The notes beneath the pieces are model-generated. The model was not told where the DNA came from. It worked only from the letters and a program-made list of their open reading frames with translations, and searched no databases. Below, piece by piece: positions 61,094-64,000 of a stretch of 64,000 nt of DNA. The stretch comes from Chloroherpeton thalassium (GTDB taxonomy: Bacteria > Bacteroidota > Ignavibacteria > Kapaibacteriales > UBA2268), in NCBI GenBank assembly GCA_020722095.1, contig DYLM01000001.1:49152-113151 (forward strand), read 5' to 3'. The position numbers were made by a program, and so were the translations under genes. Numbering within the stretch: position 1 is the stretch's first letter; the number at the start of each line of letters is the position of its first letter.

Positions 61094-62447
61094 TCATCGT
61101 AAATATATGAATAAAAAAACATTGTTAATTTTATTTTTTGCTTTCTTTCAGAATTTTATTCTGTATTCTCAATTAAAAAATGATACTAATTGGGAAAATC
61201 AAGCACAGATTTTTATAAAAAAATTCTACGACAAGGATTTTGAGTATTGTTATTCACAATTTGATGAAAGTGTAAAGAAATCCTTTTCACTTGATTTGTT
61301 TAAGCAAGCCTATAGCCAATTAGAATTTGGAAGTGGACCGATGGTAAGTATCGGTAAAACTAAATTAGTTGAACAAAAAGGCTATTTTATTACAGGGACT
61401 GAAGTTAAGCACAAGAAGAACGAATTAATAATCGAAATTACTTATGGTAAAAATGGTAAAATCTTTGGATTCTTTTTCAAACCACCGAAGTCAAAATCAA
61501 ATGATAATTACAAAGCACCGACTTATGTAAAAAAGTCAAATTTCCAATCTGACTCAATTACATTTGGCGAAAAATACAAATTAGATGGTATTTTAACTTA
61601 TCCTAAAACAGGTAACACATTTCCGTTGATAATATTAGTTCACGGTTCTGGTCCAAACGACCTTGACGAAACAATTGGACCAAACAAACCTTTCAAAGAT
61701 ATTGCAGAAGGTTTATCATCAAACGGCATTGCTGTATTTAGATACAATAAAAGAACATTGAAATATGGCGAAGAATTATCAAAATATGACTCACTGACAT
61801 TAGAAGATGAGACAATTCAAGATGCAATTTTTGCATTTAATAAACTTTCAAATCATCAAAAAATTGATAAAAGTCAAATATATATTTTAGGTCATAGTCT
61901 GGGCGGCTTTGCAATTCCTCAAATAGCAAAATCAACTTCCACAGCGGCGGGTTACATTATTCTTGCTGGGTCAAATCAACCTTTGGAACAGAAAATACTT
62001 GAGCAATACGAATACATCAGTAATTTAAAAAATAATCAAGGAATTACCAAAGAAATTCTCGCTGTTATTAAGCAACAAGTTGAAAGAGTATCAAAGAACA
62101 ATTTTGATTTAAATACTCCAAAGGATAGTCTTCCTTTTGGAGCAAGCCCACTATATTGGAAATACTTAAATGATTACAAACCATTAGAAGAAATTAAGAA
62201 AATTCAAAATAAAATATTAGTTTTACAAGGCGAGCGAGATTACCAAGTTACTGTTGCAGAATTTAACAATTGGAAATCTGCATTAAGCAACAATACAAAA
62301 GCAAGTTTTATACTTTATCCTGAATTAAATCATTTATTTATGGAAGGAGAAGGAAAAGGAAAAGCAACACCCGAAGAATATTCCAAACCAAGCAATGTCT
62401 CCGAAAAAGTCATTAACGATATTTTGCAATGGGTAAAAAGTAATTAA
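61086..62447 (+). CDS. secreted alpha/beta-hydrolase (serine hydrolase, S9/dienelactone-hydrolase-like)
   Basis: 453 aa. Nucleophile elbow GHSLGG. The probable true start is at 61107 (MNKKTLLILFF signal peptide). Confidence 0.7.
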   Translation: MRSHRKYMNKKTLLILFFAFFQNFILYSQLKNDTNWENQAQIFIKKFYDKDFEYCYSQFDESVKKSFSLDLFKQAYSQLEFGSGPMVSIGKTKLVEQKGYFITGTEVKHKKNELIIEITYGKNGKIFGFFFKPPKSKSNDNYKAPTYVKKSNFQSDSITFGEKYKLDGILTYPKTGNTFPLIILVHGSGPNDLDETIGPNKPFKDIAEGLSSNGIAVFRYNKRTLKYGEELSKYDSLTLEDETIQDAIFAFNKLSNHQKIDKSQIYILGHSLGGFAIPQIAKSTSTAAGYIILAGSNQPLEQKILEQYEYISNLKNNQGITKEILAVIKQQVERVSKNNFDLNTPKDSLPFGASPLYWKYLNDYKPLEEIKKIQNKILVLQGERDYQVTVAEFNNWKSALSNNTKASFILYPELNHLFMEGEGKGKATPEEYSKPSNVSEKVINDILQWVKSN

Positions 62448-62514
62448 CAATTACTTAACAATACTTTTGATTAAAATTAACAATTTACAGATAATTTAGT
62501 ATTTATAAAAATAT

Positions 62515-63237
62515 ATGTTAGAAATTAAAAGACCAGAAGTGTTTACACAAACCAACCAAAAAAATATCGTCATTATTGATGATGAACCAGATATAGTGGA
62601 ATTAGTTTCCCTACATCTAAATAAAGCAGGATATCGTGTTCGCTCGTTCGAGAACGGCACTTCAGCATTGGATTATATTCAAGTTAATCCACCAGATATG
62701 ATATTGTTAGACTTGATGTTGCCGGATTACGACGGTCTGGAACTATGCAAAATGCTAAAGAAAGATGAGAAATACGGACAAATCCCAGTTATAATGCTTA
62801 CGGCACGCAACGAGGAAATGGATAAAGTATTAGGTTTGGAAATTGGAGCTGATGATTATATCACCAAGCCATTTTCGCCTCGAGAAATGTTAGCAAGAAT
62901 AAAAGCAGTATTAAGAAGAGATGATAAAATTGCCAAATCAAATTTGATTGAAATTGGCAATATTTTAGAAATTGATCTCCAAAAATATGAAGTATTTCTA
63001 AATAAACAGAAAATTGATTTAACAACTACAGAATTTAAAATACTCCGTCTTTTATCCGAAAAGAAAGGTTGGGTTTATTCTCGCGAAAGTATTTTGGAAT
63101 TTCTGGGCGTACAAGAAAAAGGTGTTTTGGATAGAACAGTTGATGTCCACATCAAGAATTTACGTGAAAAACTTGGAGATGCTTCAAAATTCATCAAGAA
63201 TATTCGTGGTGTAGGATATAAAATTGAAGAAAGCTAA
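62515..63237 (+). CDS. OmpR/PhoB-family response regulator
   Basis: 240 aa. Receiver domain (IVIIDDEPD...LDLMLPD) plus a winged-helix output domain. Confidence 0.85.
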   Translation: MLEIKRPEVFTQTNQKNIVIIDDEPDIVELVSLHLNKAGYRVRSFENGTSALDYIQVNPPDMILLDLMLPDYDGLELCKMLKKDEKYGQIPVIMLTARNEEMDKVLGLEIGADDYITKPFSPREMLARIKAVLRRDDKIAKSNLIEIGNILEIDLQKYEVFLNKQKIDLTTTEFKILRLLSEKKGWVYSRESILEFLGVQEKGVLDRTVDVHIKNLREKLGDASKFIKNIRGVGYKIEES

Positions 63238-63255
63238 TCACCTCACACCAGAATT

Positions 63256-64000
63256 ATGAAGCACATATTTTTTAGATTGTTTTTTGGTTTTTTAATACTA
63301 ATTGCAGTATTTTCTTCAGCATTTATTTATTATAATTTCAACACTACTAAGCAGCATTATTTAGAAAGTTTTAGAAATGACTTACAAAATCTCAATATAA
63401 CTATATCCGAGAATATCCAAACATTATTAATTAAAAAAGATACAACTACCTTAGTTAATACTATTCAAAAAATCGGCAAATCTTTAGAAATAAGAATCAC
63501 TATCATAGGTATTGATGGTGTAGTTATTGCCGATTCTAAAGCAAATCCGAAGAAAATGGATAATCACCTAAAGCGACCAGAGGTAATTCAGTCACTTTCT
63601 AATGGAACTGGTTCATCATTAAGATATAGCAAGACTACTAAAGATGAAATGCTCTATGTATCCTCCAAAATAAGTTATAATGGCAAGATTATTGGATTTG
63701 TTAGAACAAGTTATTTTTTATATCATATTGATGCACTCTATGGCAAACTTAGTAAAGATTCGATAAATATTTTGATTATTATTGGATTGTTATTACTAAT
63801 TGGTACATATTTTCTTGCATTATCAATAACTAAGCCTCTAAAAACTATATCACAAGCTGTTGAACAAGTATCTAATGGCAACTTCAAAACTCGAATTCAA
63901 CTAAAATCTAACAATGAATTTGCTACTCTTGCCAAGAATTTCAACGATATGGCTGCTAAGTTGGAATCATTTATCTTTGAAATAGAACGACAGAATAATG
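63256..64000 (+). CDS. sensor histidine kinase, N-terminal part only (PhoR-like; continues beyond the window)
   Basis: Translation from the ATG at 63256 gives MKHIFFRLFFGFLILIAVF (transmembrane helix 1), a periplasmic domain, a second transmembrane helix (ILIIIGLLLLIGTYFLAL), and a HAMP domain (LKTISQAVEQVSNGNFKTRIQLKSNNEFATLAKNFNDMAAKLE). Confidence 0.7.
   Translation, partial: MKHIFFRLFFGFLILIAVFSSAFIYYNFNTTKQHYLESFRNDLQNLNITISENIQTLLIKKDTTTLVNTIQKIGKSLEIRITIIGIDGVVIADSKANPKKMDNHLKRPEVIQSLSNGTGSSLRYSKTTKDEMLYVSSKISYNGKIIGFVRTSYFLYHIDALYGKLSKDSINILIIIGLLLLIGTYFLALSITKPLKTISQAVEQVSNGNFKTRIQLKSNNEFATLAKNFNDMAAKLESFIFEIERQNN

Overview
The window is a 64-kb, AT-rich (~33% GC), gene-dense stretch of what looks like a core chromosome from the Fibrobacteres-Chlorobi-Bacteroidetes (FCB) group. 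An Ignavibacteria-like organism is the best guess. Sequence-only indicators are a type IX secretion system (T9SS) C-terminal sorting domain on a secreted M1 aminopeptidase, a GWxTD protein, a DUF4492-like ORF upstream of cydAB, korAB 2-oxoacid:ferredoxin oxidoreductase, a PPi-dependent phosphofructokinase and a membrane H+/Na+-pyrophosphatase. Almost all ORFs are housekeeping genes: ligA (partial), ptsH-ptsI, purD, gatC, kdsB, topA, dnaB, mutL, gdhA, korAB, dnaE, lpxB-(DUF374)-lpxK, a tRNA-Pro, mreCD, smc, lptF/G, cydAB, hppA, recF-dciA(DUF721)-gyrB, and a PhoB/PhoR-like two-component pair (kinase partial at the window end). The main thing the ORF track does not explain is a family of intergenic miniature inverted-repeat (MITE-like) elements, 129-375 bp each, with conserved GGCTGTCTCATAAGT terminal inverted repeats. 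They are built from reusable modules: GNRA-tetraloop hairpins (GTCATTCCCnnG-GNRA-CnnGGGAAUC), GC-rich nested hairpins (CCCCCTC-nnn-GAGGGGG), and an 'AAATAAGGTTATTGGTTT...CTACTAAGGTT' module. There are at least six copies. Two are ~95% identical, lie in inverted orientation, and bracket a 1.1-kb segment that carries a membrane-anchored cyclophilin gene. Candidate novel protein-level items are a 1033-aa fusion of a PEP-synthase/PPDK-type ATP-binding domain (no phospho-His domain, no PEP-utilizer barrel) with a C-terminal minimal nucleotidyltransferase, a histidine-kinase-like protein whose phospho-acceptor His appears replaced by Val, an orphan beta-class DPPY DNA methyltransferase inserted immediately upstream of recF-dciA-gyrB, an unannotated cydX-like mini-ORF after cydB, and an orphan 166-aa ORF bounded by a MITE. 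No CRISPR array, integrase, transposase, restriction partner or prophage signature was seen.
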